A DNA stretch of 64,000 nt from Terriglobia bacterium (GTDB taxonomy: Bacteria; Acidobacteriota; Terriglobia; 20CM-2-55-15). The stretch is from the NCBI GenBank assembly GCA_965198225.1, contig CBDAOY010000009.1:160001-224000 (forward strand), read 5' to 3'. How positions within the stretch are numbered: the stretch's first letter is position 1; each line of letters begins with the position of its first letter. Under the pieces are notes generated by a model, which was not told where the DNA came from, did not search any database, and saw only the letters and a list, made by a program, of their open reading frames with translations. Shown here one piece after another: positions 9,465 to 20,095 of the stretch. The translations under genes and the position numbers were made by a program.

Positions 9465-9766
9465 CTATGTACTTCGACGGGTTTCTTGAGAAGGTGGGGG
9501 ACCCGCGCCAGGACATCGACAAGTTGCTCTTCGGTCAGATGTTGTCCGGCGATGTGCTCCTGATACTCGGGGAAATGGGTATTCGGGGTCACCATCGCGG
9601 GCGCCCCTCCCGGTATCGATCGGGCGAATACGCCCAGCGCTTCCCGGGAAGGAGGTTCCTCCAGAAGCAGTCGCGCTTCGAAGGGGATCTCCTGTTGCGA
9701 AAGCCACGCTTTCGTATCGTCGCACGGCCCTCAGCCCGGCTTGGTGTAAAGAATCAGGTTCGCCAT
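9461..9766 (-). CDS. Probable selenoprotein of the ArsC/Spx (thioredoxin-fold) family, UxxC, 101 aa
   Basis: MANLILYTKPG-TGA-GPCDDTKAWLSQQEIPFE...ARVPHLLKKPVEVHR*; GAGG RBS; frame open after the TGA (9731-9733); stop overlaps the gltX ATG. Confidence 0.85.
9698..9714 (-). promoter_or_regulatory. Candidate bacterial SECIS hairpin
   Basis: Perfect stem CGAAAGC-GUG-GCUUUCG starting 16 nt after the UGA, with a G-first apical loop. Confidence 0.55.
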
Positions 9767-9827
9767 AGTCCTCGCCTTTGGGGTTGGATGATTCATGAAG
9801 AAAACCGATGCCTTCCTCAGCGTCTTC

Positions 9828-10445
9828 CTATTGAGCGGCAAAACAATAGAACAAGCCGTCACCGCCCGAAGCCCGCAACTGTTCCTGGCTGCATCCACGG
9901 CTGTCATGGGCCGAGTTCCAGGCCGCGCGGTCATGATGACCGATCCTGGCTTTTCCGTCACCGCTGCTCGTCCAGTTGCCGCAGGTCATGTCCTCGCCAG
10001 CCGAGAAGGCCGTTCCGTCCGGCTGCGAGCCGGTCAGGACATCGTGCCGGTTCGGAACGTATCCGCTACCGGGGATCCTTCTGCCTCTCTCGTCGATCAC
10101 GGTCATGACGGTAAACCGATGTCCCATCCCGTGGAGCTCCTCGACGTTATTACCGATAAGGGCGCCCAGAGCGTTGTGCCATGGGCCTGAGCCGATACGG
10201 TCGCGAGCATTCACCGCGTTCGGGCCCTGCGTGCTGAGGTAGGCATGCCATGTGCGGTCGCCCGCACCCGCTCCGGCGGCCAGGCTCTGACAGAGCGCGT
10301 CGGCTCCGTCCAGACCACCCAGATCGGCTCCTTCGCCGGAGCCTGCACTTGTGACGAAAAAGGTCATCGAATTTTGGGCCAGGGCCGGCGCGGAAACCAG
10401 CAGGCTGAGGCAAATCACACCGAAAATAGGCAGCGCTCTACTCAT
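9828..10445 (-). CDS. Secreted endostatin/C-type-lectin-like protein
   Basis: Signal peptide; GADLGGLDGADALCQSLA, ARDRIG.GPW, HDVLTGS, LFYCFA. Confidence 0.75.
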   Translation of the reverse strand: MSRALPIFGVICLSLLVSAPALAQNSMTFFVTSAGSGEGADLGGLDGADALCQSLAAGAGAGDRTWHAYLSTQGPNAVNARDRIGSGPWHNALGALIGNNVEELHGMGHRFTVMTVIDERGRRIPGSGYVPNRHDVLTGSQPDGTAFSAGEDMTCGNWTSSGDGKARIGHHDRAAWNSAHDSRGCSQEQLRASGGDGLFYCFAAQ

Positions 10446-10861
10446 GTCGGTTCTCCTTCTCGTGACAATCTTGGTGATCCAAAGACTTCCAGATTAACGG
10501 AGGTTTTTCATCAGACCACTATCGCAGTTCGGGTGTCAATCGAAAGCGGGTCTGGTGAAAGAGTCGGCCGAGGGTGCAATGAAGAAGGTCGTTTGTTAAC
10601 GCCGCGCAACCCAGGTCGTCATTTAATTAGAGTAGCTGGAGGGGGCTGAAGTGACGTTTTGGGGCAAAAGATCCAAGCACTATGATGACAACTCAGACTG
10701 CAAGTCATGCCATCAATCTTGAGAGCCCCGGAACGCTTCTGAACGGTATGGACGCGCCGTTCGAGAGTGCCGCCGCGCCCGCCGCGATACTTCTTGACCG
10801 TAGGTTCTCCAGCATGGGAACGTGAAGGGCACTCAATCAGGCAAACCTGCAGGAGAACACC

Positions 10862-13054
10862 ATGCGACGAAGAGTTGGATTGCTGACCCTCGGTTGTCTG
10901 CTGACCCTGGGCGTGGCGTGGACGGTGGGGAGCGCCCAGGACGTCGATACCGAGACCATCACTGGTGTCGTCACCAGCAGCGATAGTCCCGAGGCAGGCG
11001 TCTGGGTCATCGCCGAAACCGACGACCTCGACACCAAGTTCCGCAAGATCGTGGTGACCAACGACAATGGTCGGTTCTTATTGCCGGAGCTGCCTCAAGC
11101 GAACTACTCGGTCTGGGTGCGGGGGTACGGGCTGGTCGACTCGAGGCCCGTGACGGCCACGCCGGGTCAGGACCTCAGTCTGTCGGCAGTTGTCGCGAAG
11201 ACTCCACAGGAAGCCGCCGCGGTCTATCCTGCCAACTACTGGTTGTCGCTGATGGAGGCGCCTGAGACGAGCGAATTCCCGGGAACCGGTCCTGATGGCA
11301 ATGGCATCAGCCCGCAGCTCGAGACGCGCCACGAATACCTCTACAACATGAAGCTCTGCCTGCGCTGTCATCAGGTCGGGAACAGGTTCACGCGCGAGAT
11401 TCCGAACGCGGAAGAATACGACTCCACCGCCGAGGCGTGGGATGACCGCGTCCAGATGGGTCAGCGTGGAGCCGAGATGTCCTCCTTGATGACGCGGTTC
11501 GGGCGCGAGCACGGGTTGGGGATGTTCGCCGACTGGAGCGACCGGCTTGCGGCCGGTGAGGTGCCGCCGGCGCCGCCGCGCCCGAGTGGGTCGGAGCGGA
11601 ATGTCGTCCTCACCCAGTGGGAGTGGACGGATACGATGGGCAAGATCCACGACGAGGCGTCTACCGACAAGCGCAACCCGCGCGTGAACGCCAATGGGCC
11701 GATCTACGGCGTCGACATTGCGAACGACAACCTGGCCATCCTCGATCCGATTACCAACACGGCGACGATGCTGCGGATCCCGACCCTCGCGGATCGTTCG
11801 ACCATGCGGGCGTCCTACGCGCAGTCGGGCTATCCCGCGTCCCGATTGGCGAACCTGGCCCGCTTCAATCCGACCAGCATCCACAACCCCATGTTGGACA
11901 GCGAGGGCCGGGTCTGGTACACGGCGACGCTGCGCCCTCCGGCGGACCAGCCCTATTGGTGCACAGAAGAGTCGGAGAACAAGTACGCGCAGTATTTTCC
12001 CCTGGAGCGGTCGGGCCGCAACGTGAGCTACTTCGACCCGAGGACCCAGCAGTTCACGATGATCGACACTTGTTTCGGCAGCCACCATCTACAGTTCGCG
12101 CATGACGAGAACGAGACCCTGTTCCTGAGTCGGCCGAATGCCGCAGTGTTCGGCTGGGTCGACACGAGGCAGTTCGATCAGACCGGCGACGGACAGCGTT
12201 CGCAGGGCTGGTGCCCGACCGTGGTCGACACCAACGGCGACGGCAGGATCACGAAGCCCTGGAACGAGCCGGGCACAAGCGCGTCCGACTTCGACCCGAT
12301 GCTCGATACCCGTGTCGCCATAGGGGCGTACGGGATCATCGTGAATCCCGTTGACGGGTCGGTCTGGGGTGCGCAGCAATCATATCCGGGGAAGATCATC
12401 CGGGTGTCGCTGGGTGACAATCCGCCGGAAAGCTGCATCGCAGAAGTCTTTGAAGTGCCGTCGGAGCGCTGGGACGTGGAGGCGAATGGCGAGAGGGGCT
12501 TCATGCCGCGCGGCATCGATGTGGACCGCAACGGCCTTATCTGGACGGCGCTCTCGGGGACGAACCACCTCGCCAGCTTCGACCGAAGCAAGTGCGGGTC
12601 CCTGACCGGGCCGACGGCGCACGAGGGGCGGCACTGCGGGGAAGGGTGGACGCTTCATCCGCTGCCCGGTCCAAAGTTGAGGGGCACGGACGTCCGGGCC
12701 GACTACAACTATTACAACTGGGTCGACCAGTTCAACACGCTGGGCCTCGGGGAGAACGTTCCGATCGCCACTGGGACGGGCTCCGACTCGCTGATCGCAT
12801 TGTTGCCGGACACGGGTGAGGCGGTCGTGATGCGCGTGCCCTATCCGCTGGCCGGCTTCCACCCGCGGGGCCTGGACGGTCGGATCGACGATCCAACCGC
12901 CGGATGGAAGGGTCGTGGCGTCTACTCGTCAACCGGTGCGGACACGGTGTGGCATGCGGAGGGCGGTCTCGCCGTGGAAAACGGCGAGTACACGTCAATC
13001 TCGCAACCGATCTTGGTGAAGTTCCAGATCCGCCCGCATCCGCTGGCGAACTGA
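10862..13054 (+). CDS. Secreted protein with carboxypeptidase-regulatory-like N-terminus, heme c motif and beta-propeller
   Basis: Signal peptide; EAGVWVIAET, WVRGYGLVDS; CLRCH (CxxCH). Confidence 0.75.
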   Translation: MRRRVGLLTLGCLLTLGVAWTVGSAQDVDTETITGVVTSSDSPEAGVWVIAETDDLDTKFRKIVVTNDNGRFLLPELPQANYSVWVRGYGLVDSRPVTATPGQDLSLSAVVAKTPQEAAAVYPANYWLSLMEAPETSEFPGTGPDGNGISPQLETRHEYLYNMKLCLRCHQVGNRFTREIPNAEEYDSTAEAWDDRVQMGQRGAEMSSLMTRFGREHGLGMFADWSDRLAAGEVPPAPPRPSGSERNVVLTQWEWTDTMGKIHDEASTDKRNPRVNANGPIYGVDIANDNLAILDPITNTATMLRIPTLADRSTMRASYAQSGYPASRLANLARFNPTSIHNPMLDSEGRVWYTATLRPPADQPYWCTEESENKYAQYFPLERSGRNVSYFDPRTQQFTMIDTCFGSHHLQFAHDENETLFLSRPNAAVFGWVDTRQFDQTGDGQRSQGWCPTVVDTNGDGRITKPWNEPGTSASDFDPMLDTRVAIGAYGIIVNPVDGSVWGAQQSYPGKIIRVSLGDNPPESCIAEVFEVPSERWDVEANGERGFMPRGIDVDRNGLIWTALSGTNHLASFDRSKCGSLTGPTAHEGRHCGEGWTLHPLPGPKLRGTDVRADYNYYNWVDQFNTLGLGENVPIATGTGSDSLIALLPDTGEAVVMRVPYPLAGFHPRGLDGRIDDPTAGWKGRGVYSSTGADTVWHAEGGLAVENGEYTSISQPILVKFQIRPHPLAN

Positions 13055-13257
13055 CACGAGGTGGTGCCGGGCCGAAGAGACATGTCGATGCGCCGGCACC
13101 GAATCCTCCCTATTGCCTCCTCGGCGGCCCTCTTCTGCGCGCGGGACTTAGCGAGGATCCCCAGCAGCCCATAGTTCCCCTCGTGACACGCAGACCTTTT
13201 CCGTTCGTGTAACTTACCGCGCCGGTTCCTTCATACTCGTACAGGAGGTTGGAGCGA

Positions 13258-16200
13258 ATGGCCGAGACCCGCACATGTCTCGAGTGCGGATCGCCACTGC
13301 AGGATGAGCTCGCCGGAGGACTGTGCCCGCGATGCCTGATGGGTTTAGGGGTAGCAGCCGCCGACGCCGAAACCCTGACGGCGTCCGAGCCGGAGCCGGT
13401 GTCGCGAGGTTCTCGCCGGAGCCCTCGATTCAGCGACGGCGATGATCTCGGCCACTTTCGCATCGTCCGTCCGCTTGGACAGGGTGGCATGGGGGAAGTC
13501 TACGAGGCTGAGGATTTGGACAGCGGCCGCCGCGTTGCAATAAAAGTGATGGCGCACACGCTGGTCTCGGACGAGCACCGGGAGCGGTTTCTGCGTGAAG
13601 GCCGCCTTGCTGCTTCGATCAACCATCCGAACAGCGTCTATGTGTTCGGCACCGAAGAAATCGACGGCATTCCGGTGATCTCGATGGAACTGAGCCCTGG
13701 AGGGACGCTCCAGGACAGCGTCCAGGACGGGAGACGGATGGTCCCGGTAGCCGCCGTCGATGCGGCCCTGGACCTGATCGAGGGGCTTCAAGCCGCGCTC
13801 GACAAGGGCATCCTGCACCGGGACATCAAGCCATCCAATTGTTTCGTCGAAGCCGACGGGCGGGTCAAGGTCGGCGACTACGGTCTGTCGATCTCGACAA
13901 GGTCGGACGAAACCGTCCTGACCGCTGCCGGAACGATGCTCGGGACGCCCGGCTACGCTTCACCCGAGCAACTCCAGGCCGGCGATCTGGACGTCCGGTC
14001 GGACATCTACTCCCTGGGTGCGACACTGTACTGCCTTCTGACCGCGCGGCCGCCGTTCGAAGAGACGCGCGTCGCCAACCTGATGGCCGCGATTCTGGAG
14101 CGTACACCTGACCCACCGCACAAGCTTCGGCCCTTAGTTCCCAAGGCCCTGTCGGGCCTCGTCCTGCGATGCCTGTCACGCGACCCGGCGAACCGATTCG
14201 ATAGTTACCGGGAGTTGAGAGAAGCGCTCCTGCCTTTCAGCTCCGCGCGATCCGAGTCGGCATCGCTCGGGGTGCGCTTCCTGGCTCACGCGCTGGACTA
14301 CGGTCTGCTGATGACAGTCCTCTTTCTGCTTTTGTTCCTGCGTGAAGCGACCCAGATTCAGGCGGCGTTCCCGGCGCTGACTGGGGCGGGGTTGGGGATC
14401 CTGGGCCCTGCGGTATCGCTGCTCTATTTCCCGCTGCTTGAAGGCCTTGTGGGGCAGACTGCGGGGAAGTGGGTTTGCGGCATCCAGGTCGTAGGGAAGG
14501 CCGGCCCACCGGGTGTTGCGCTTGCCGCTTTGCGCTGGGCAGTCTTTTACTGGTTGCCCGGGTTGCTGTTAATGGCTCTCGGAATGCTGGTCGGGCCCGT
14601 GTCACTCCCTGCCCAGATCGGGATCTTCCCCCTGCTGCGACTCCTTCTCTTGTTAGCGCTTTTCGCTACGGCGCGGCGGCACAACGGGTTTGCCGGCCTG
14701 CATGACATTTTATCCGGCACTCGTGTGGTACGTCGGGACGGCCGCCAGACGCGAGCGTCCGTGGACCCCGATCGGACCCTACGACATCAGGTGGAATCGC
14801 TCGCTCCGGTCGGTCCCTATACGGTCCGAGGCTTCCTTGTTCGCTCGGGGTCGGAACAAGTTCTCGAAGGGTATGATCCGACGCTCGGGCGACGCGTGTG
14901 GATCCGGAGTTTGCCGGACGGCACGCCGCCGCTATCGTCCGGCCGGCGTGATCTGGCCAGACCGGGACGGCTTCGATGGCTGAACGGACGCCGCAGATCA
15001 GGCGAGAACTGGGACGCCTACGCCGCCGTGGATGGACTCCCGCTCAAGACAGCCGTCCGCACCAAACCGCCCTGGTCCGCCTTGCGACTCTGGCTCCTGG
15101 ATCTGGCCGCCGAAGTAGCGGAAGGTTGCTCGGATCACACCGAACCCGAGAAACTGGCATTGGGCCGGATCTGGATCGGAGCTGATGGAAGGGCGCGCTG
15201 GCTGGACTTTCCAGTTTCCGATGATCCTCCCCGCGCCGCTGGGGATCGCGGTGGTCATAATGTGCTTGCCGATCTCCAGGCCGTTTTGTCCCAAGTCACT
15301 TCAGCTGCGAGGCCGCACGGTGACGGAGCACACGGCAAGATCCTTCCGCTTCCAGTGGCGGCATCTGGATTCCTGCGACGCCTGAAACAAACCGGCTTCG
15401 ACAGCCTGTCGGAGCTGTTGGGCGCCCTCCGTTCGCTGTCCGGAACGGATGCAGCTGTGGGGAGGCAAAGCCGGTTTGCTCAAATATTGATCTGTGCGGC
15501 CTTTCCCCTGTTGAGTACGATCGCCATCGGCACCGCCGGCTACATGGTGCAACGTATCCCTCGAGACTACCCGGAGTGGGGCCGCCTGGACGAACTCCTC
15601 ACTCAGGTGGCGATCATGCGGCCGCGGATCGAGCGAGGCAACAACGAAGAAACGATCCGTGCGCTCGAAGTCGTTATCGCCTCTCAACACCGAACGCTCA
15701 TCGAAGACCCCGAGCTCTGGCCTCCTGGCTTGTCTGAACGACAACGCGAACGGATCGAGGATGCCCAGGACATCATCGACCGCCACCCCAGCGTGACGGT
15801 TTCCGAGCTGCGCGATGCGGAGTCGCAGCTTCAGCCGGTCTTTGCCCGGATCGAAGCCCTTCAGCAGGGCAGGGATGCAGTGGCCGCCCGCTCGGTTTCT
15901 GTTTCGATGACGTTGCTCGGCGTGTTCGGACTCATCTCCACCGCCCTGGTCCGGGGGGGACTGTTGTTGCGTCTGTTCGGCATGGCAGTGGTCGACGCCA
16001 GTGGACAGCCGGCCGCGTTCTGGCGAGTCTTTCTGAGAGGAACCCTGATCTGGGGAACTGTCATCGTCCTGTTCCCAGGTTACTGGGGTAACTCATTCCT
16101 GCTGAGCCGGCTTGTCCCTTTCGACGCGCTACGTGAGATGTCGGTGTCTGTTGGAGAATACGGATGGCTGGGCGTCGCTCCATCCGCTCTGTTGATCACT

Positions 16201-16281
16201 GCGGCCGCCGCCTGGGCCGTGCTCCATCCGTCCCGAGGCCTACAGGACCGGCTTGCCGGAACGTACCTGGTGCCGAGGTAA
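13258..16281 (+). CDS. Membrane Ser/Thr kinase with two RDD-like domains
   Basis: N-terminal CxxC..CPxC; LGQGGMGEVY, VAIK, HRDIKPSN, DYG, GTPGYASPE; GQTAGK and GLHDILSGTRVV, GLQDRLAGTYLV. Confidence 0.9.
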   Translation: MAETRTCLECGSPLQDELAGGLCPRCLMGLGVAAADAETLTASEPEPVSRGSRRSPRFSDGDDLGHFRIVRPLGQGGMGEVYEAEDLDSGRRVAIKVMAHTLVSDEHRERFLREGRLAASINHPNSVYVFGTEEIDGIPVISMELSPGGTLQDSVQDGRRMVPVAAVDAALDLIEGLQAALDKGILHRDIKPSNCFVEADGRVKVGDYGLSISTRSDETVLTAAGTMLGTPGYASPEQLQAGDLDVRSDIYSLGATLYCLLTARPPFEETRVANLMAAILERTPDPPHKLRPLVPKALSGLVLRCLSRDPANRFDSYRELREALLPFSSARSESASLGVRFLAHALDYGLLMTVLFLLLFLREATQIQAAFPALTGAGLGILGPAVSLLYFPLLEGLVGQTAGKWVCGIQVVGKAGPPGVALAALRWAVFYWLPGLLLMALGMLVGPVSLPAQIGIFPLLRLLLLLALFATARRHNGFAGLHDILSGTRVVRRDGRQTRASVDPDRTLRHQVESLAPVGPYTVRGFLVRSGSEQVLEGYDPTLGRRVWIRSLPDGTPPLSSGRRDLARPGRLRWLNGRRRSGENWDAYAAVDGLPLKTAVRTKPPWSALRLWLLDLAAEVAEGCSDHTEPEKLALGRIWIGADGRARWLDFPVSDDPPRAAGDRGGHNVLADLQAVLSQVTSAARPHGDGAHGKILPLPVAASGFLRRLKQTGFDSLSELLGALRSLSGTDAAVGRQSRFAQILICAAFPLLSTIAIGTAGYMVQRIPRDYPEWGRLDELLTQVAIMRPRIERGNNEETIRALEVVIASQHRTLIEDPELWPPGLSERQRERIEDAQDIIDRHPSVTVSELRDAESQLQPVFARIEALQQGRDAVAARSVSVSMTLLGVFGLISTALVRGGLLLRLFGMAVVDASGQPAAFWRVFLRGTLIWGTVIVLFPGYWGNSFLLSRLVPFDALREMSVSVGEYGWLGVAPSALLITAAAAWAVLHPSRGLQDRLAGTYLVPR

Positions 16282-16345
16282 CGACTGTGTCGAGAGTGGA
16301 GCTATGTACCCGTCCGACCGGGACCGGACGACCAAGGAGGCAGAG

Positions 16346-17989
16346 ATGAGCAAGCGAACATGTGTCGACCGCCGACGGTTTTTGGCCGGGACCGCCGGCG
16401 CGCTGGGTAGTGCGTTTTTTGGACGGCTTCCTCTCGAGGCCATGGTCGAGCAGGGGGCGCCGCCGGCTGCTCAAAACTGGGATGCGGGTCTCGTCCGTCA
16501 TCTTCTGCCGACGGTCAGCGATTCCCGCATTCTCTTGAAGGTGTCGTTCGACCGGCCACTGTCAGCGGCGCCGACGCTGGGCGTCGGGAGCACGAAGGTC
16601 GTCGGAAGCCAGAACGACACGGCCGGCGAGCACTGGCAGTTCCACGCCACCGACCTTGCGCCTGGCCGTCGCTACGAGTTGACGCTCCGGCGGGCAGGCG
16701 GCGGGTCGTTGTGCGAGCCCTGGTCGCTGTCGACTTTTCCACCGCCAGGAGCGACCCCCGAGCGGTTCAGGATGCTCTTCTTTACTTGTGCCGGCGGGAC
16801 GGGCGGCTCGTACGAGGGAATCGGAGAGCGGCAGGGCTCCTTGCCGACGCTGATTCGCAATCGGCTTCTGCGCCGGGCGCTGTCCTTCTCGCCGGATGCG
16901 GCGGTGGCGAACGGCGACCACATCTACTGGGATCTGCACACCTGGCAGGGTGAGAACGCCGGGCAGCTGAGCGAGCGCGGGCGGCAGTCGAACTTCGACT
17001 TCTCGGCCTCGGTGTTTGGAGCGAGCAACGAGACGGCGATGAAAGCGGCGGCGGGGCCCCAGATCGTGCCGGTCTATGGCAGCGACTTTCGGTCGGTCCC
17101 GGTGTTCTTCCTGCAGGACGACCACGACCACTGGGAGAACGACGCGGTAACCGACGACATCGCAAGCTATCCGGTACCCTGGTTCCAACTCCAGCTCGCA
17201 CGCGCCACCCAGCAGCTGTACTACCCCGAGTTCCTCCCCGACGGAGGACGACCGGCTGGCCTGCCCTGGTCCGGCACCAGTGGCCGGGGGGATCTCTCCG
17301 AGAGCTTCGGCACCGTCCGCTACGGCGATCTGGCGGAGGTCCTGCTCTACGACGTGCGGCGAACGATGTCGCTGGGTGGGCCCAATGCCGTCTTCGTTGA
17401 CACGCAGGCGGAACGGTGGCTGGTCGAGCGCACCCGTGCGACCGGCGTTCGGCATCTGGTGCATGCCCCATCGAACCCCTTCGGCTGGAGCGCCGGAAAA
17501 TGGGGCGAGTGGTACCCGGACGTTCTCGACCGCGAGAGCGGGGAGCTGACGACGGCCAGCGAGAAGCCGTACTGGCAGGAAGGATGGTTGCGGCAGCACG
17601 ACCGCCTGGTGCAGGCGATCGGGGGACAGGCGGAGCGTGTTCCGCTGATCATCAGTGGGGATCTCCACGCGATCGGAGTCGGGCGGATCCATCGGGCCGG
17701 CGAAATCAATTTGGGCGCCCAACCGATCACCGCTATCCTGAGCGGCCCGATCGGCACCTCCGTTCGCGGATTCCCTTCCGTGGTGCGGGGGATCGGCGCG
17801 ACACCACCCGAGCACCTCGACCTCGAGGAATCCGTCGCGCCGATCGAGGACCACGGCTTCACTCTGGTGGATTTCCTGCCGGATCGGATGGTATTGCGCC
17901 AGTTCAAGTGGGACGTCGACGTGCAGCCGCTCGCCGCGATCGACCGGCTGGAGCCGTTCTACACGACGGAGCTGCCCAGGCCGGCGTAG
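16346..17989 (+). CDS. Tat-exported PhoD-like metallophosphoesterase
   Basis: AAGGAGG RBS, DRRRFL Tat motif, NGDHIYWD, DDHDHWEND, SGDLH. Confidence 0.75.
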   Translation: MSKRTCVDRRRFLAGTAGALGSAFFGRLPLEAMVEQGAPPAAQNWDAGLVRHLLPTVSDSRILLKVSFDRPLSAAPTLGVGSTKVVGSQNDTAGEHWQFHATDLAPGRRYELTLRRAGGGSLCEPWSLSTFPPPGATPERFRMLFFTCAGGTGGSYEGIGERQGSLPTLIRNRLLRRALSFSPDAAVANGDHIYWDLHTWQGENAGQLSERGRQSNFDFSASVFGASNETAMKAAAGPQIVPVYGSDFRSVPVFFLQDDHDHWENDAVTDDIASYPVPWFQLQLARATQQLYYPEFLPDGGRPAGLPWSGTSGRGDLSESFGTVRYGDLAEVLLYDVRRTMSLGGPNAVFVDTQAERWLVERTRATGVRHLVHAPSNPFGWSAGKWGEWYPDVLDRESGELTTASEKPYWQEGWLRQHDRLVQAIGGQAERVPLIISGDLHAIGVGRIHRAGEINLGAQPITAILSGPIGTSVRGFPSVVRGIGATPPEHLDLEESVAPIEDHGFTLVDFLPDRMVLRQFKWDVDVQPLAAIDRLEPFYTTELPRPA

Positions 17990-18075
17990 ATCTGACCTGA
18001 TGACAGTACAAGGAAGCGTGCCTCACAAGGCGATCACGCCGACACCTCTTGGCGGTGTGGCTTGACTCAATATGT

Positions 18076-19774
18076 TCACTGGCCGATCTTGTCGTAAGAA
18101 ACCTTCCGGACCCGCTGCGTGCTGATAGTGAAACCGGCGATGTCTCCGTGTTCGTTCCTGAGAAAAGTGAAGTAGGCCCCGGGACCGGTGGCGAAGACGA
18201 AGCCGTCCTTAAAGGTGGGCTGGAGCGGAACGTCATCACTCTTGCGGGCTTTCAAAATGAGCTTGCCGTCCCGGATCACAAACTCCACTTCCCGAACCAA
18301 CTCATCGCTGTAGTACCTTCCCACGTATGCTGCCAACTCATCCGCGGTAGGCTGGGCTAGTGGTGCCCAGTCGTAAGATTCGTCGCCGGCGGGGTTGTCA
18401 GGCTGCAGGCGCGGCGAGCCCGTGGACTCCGAGGACTCAATCGACAAGACATTATCCGAGGTCCCGACCCGGAATCGGCCTTCACCCAGAGCAGTCAGCA
18501 CTTGCCCATCTTCTATCGTGGGCCCGATGATGAGCTTGTCGTCTGCCATCCTCAGCACCACCACCACATCAGTCAGCCCTCGACGGTAGGCTCCAGCAAA
18601 CCGATTCATATCGGATTCCGGAACTTCTGGAGCCTCATCTGCATCGAGTTCCGTTTCAGCCGGTTCAGTAAACGCACCAGCCAGGTACACGTCCGCCACT
18701 TCCTGTGCCTTTCGTCCGGGGTTGCTCGAAGGGAAGTTGCACAGTACGGCAACGCTGAAACGCTGGCCCGGAAATCGAAGGAACGATGACCGGTACCCGG
18801 CATCCGCACCGCCGTGACCGACGGTCCGCAATCCTCGATACTCTCCATGGACCAGGGCGTAGGCATATTTCCTGACCGCTGTTCAGGACACCTCGCGTGT
18901 GCATCTGGTCGATCACCCGACGGCCTCCAACGCGGGCAGTGTAGAAATTACGGTCCCAACGAGCGAGATCTTCGACGGTTGTAAACAGGCTCGTCGCGCC
19001 AACGACGTCGAAATCGGGAATCCTGATTTTCAGTGTGTCATCCCCGCCGGTTGGACCGTATGCATAGGCCCGGTTCTTGACGATCATCCGATGATCGTCG
19101 TGAAAATGAGTGTCGTCCATTCCGAGAGGCTCAAAGATTCGTTCCTCGGTGAAATCGCGGAGTGACTGTCCGCTGATCCTCTCGACGATAACCCCGAGCA
19201 GCGTGTAGCCGGTGTTGCTGTAAAGGTACTCGTCTCCCGGATTGAAGTTGAGGGACGTCTGACGCGAGGTGATGTCCAGGACGTCTCCCTGTGTTATCAC
19301 GTCGGCTTCAAAACGCCAACCGGCAAGCCTCAGCAGGCTCCATTGGTCGCGGAGGCCACTCGTGTGATGAATGAGTTGCCGGATTGTCAGAGTCGTTCCA
19401 AAGTCGGGAACTTCCTCGACGTACTCCCGCACGTCGTCGTCGAGTGAGAGTTTTCCTTCCTCGGCCAGCAACAAGACAGCAAAGACCGTGAACTGCTTGG
19501 ATACCGACGCGACGTGGAAAATCGAAGACGGCGTGATAGGCACGCCGTACTCCAGGTTCGCCATCCCGTAGCCCCTCTTATAGACAATCGCCCCATCTTC
19601 CATGACGGAGACCGCGCATCCAGGTGAATCGGGAGAGTCCCGATCGACGAAGATTTCATCCACCTGTCCCTGGAGGTTGGTTTCCTGAGCTCGCAGGACA
19701 TGGGACTGAGTTCCGGTCGAGGCCAGCAGTATTGCTACGGAAGTTAGGGCGTGCTGTGTCAGCTTGTTTGTCAA
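18076..19774 (-). pseudogene. Serine hydrolase (beta-lactamase class C-like), frameshifted near 18868
   Basis: SVSK, YSNTGY in the upstream frame; YAYAL.HG..GLRTVGHGG continues in another frame. Confidence 0.85.
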
Positions 19775-20095
19775 ATCAACCTCCTGGCCAAGGTTCTGTT
19801 CAGCCCACCTAGGGTTGGAAGTGAAATCCACCGGGAACCAACGGGTTCATCGACAAGGTGATCTGAGCACTATCCTCACTGAATCCGGCCATCTATGTCC
19901 ATCAAATCGGCCTCATTTGATGAATGCGGCGCCACATGGATGTGCCCTCCGCGATCCGGATCACTAACCGGGCGGGCCTTCAGATCTCCGACAAGACAAT
20001 GTCCTTTAACGCAATGAACACCATCTGGAAGGGTATGATTCAGATTGAGGTGAACCTATGGCCACAACCCATCTCTTCGACAGCCTAGACACGCT

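Noticed and set aside
9467-10108. 213-aa plus-strand ORF upstream of gltX
   Set aside because: Antisense to the selenoprotein candidate and the lectin-like gene; no motif.
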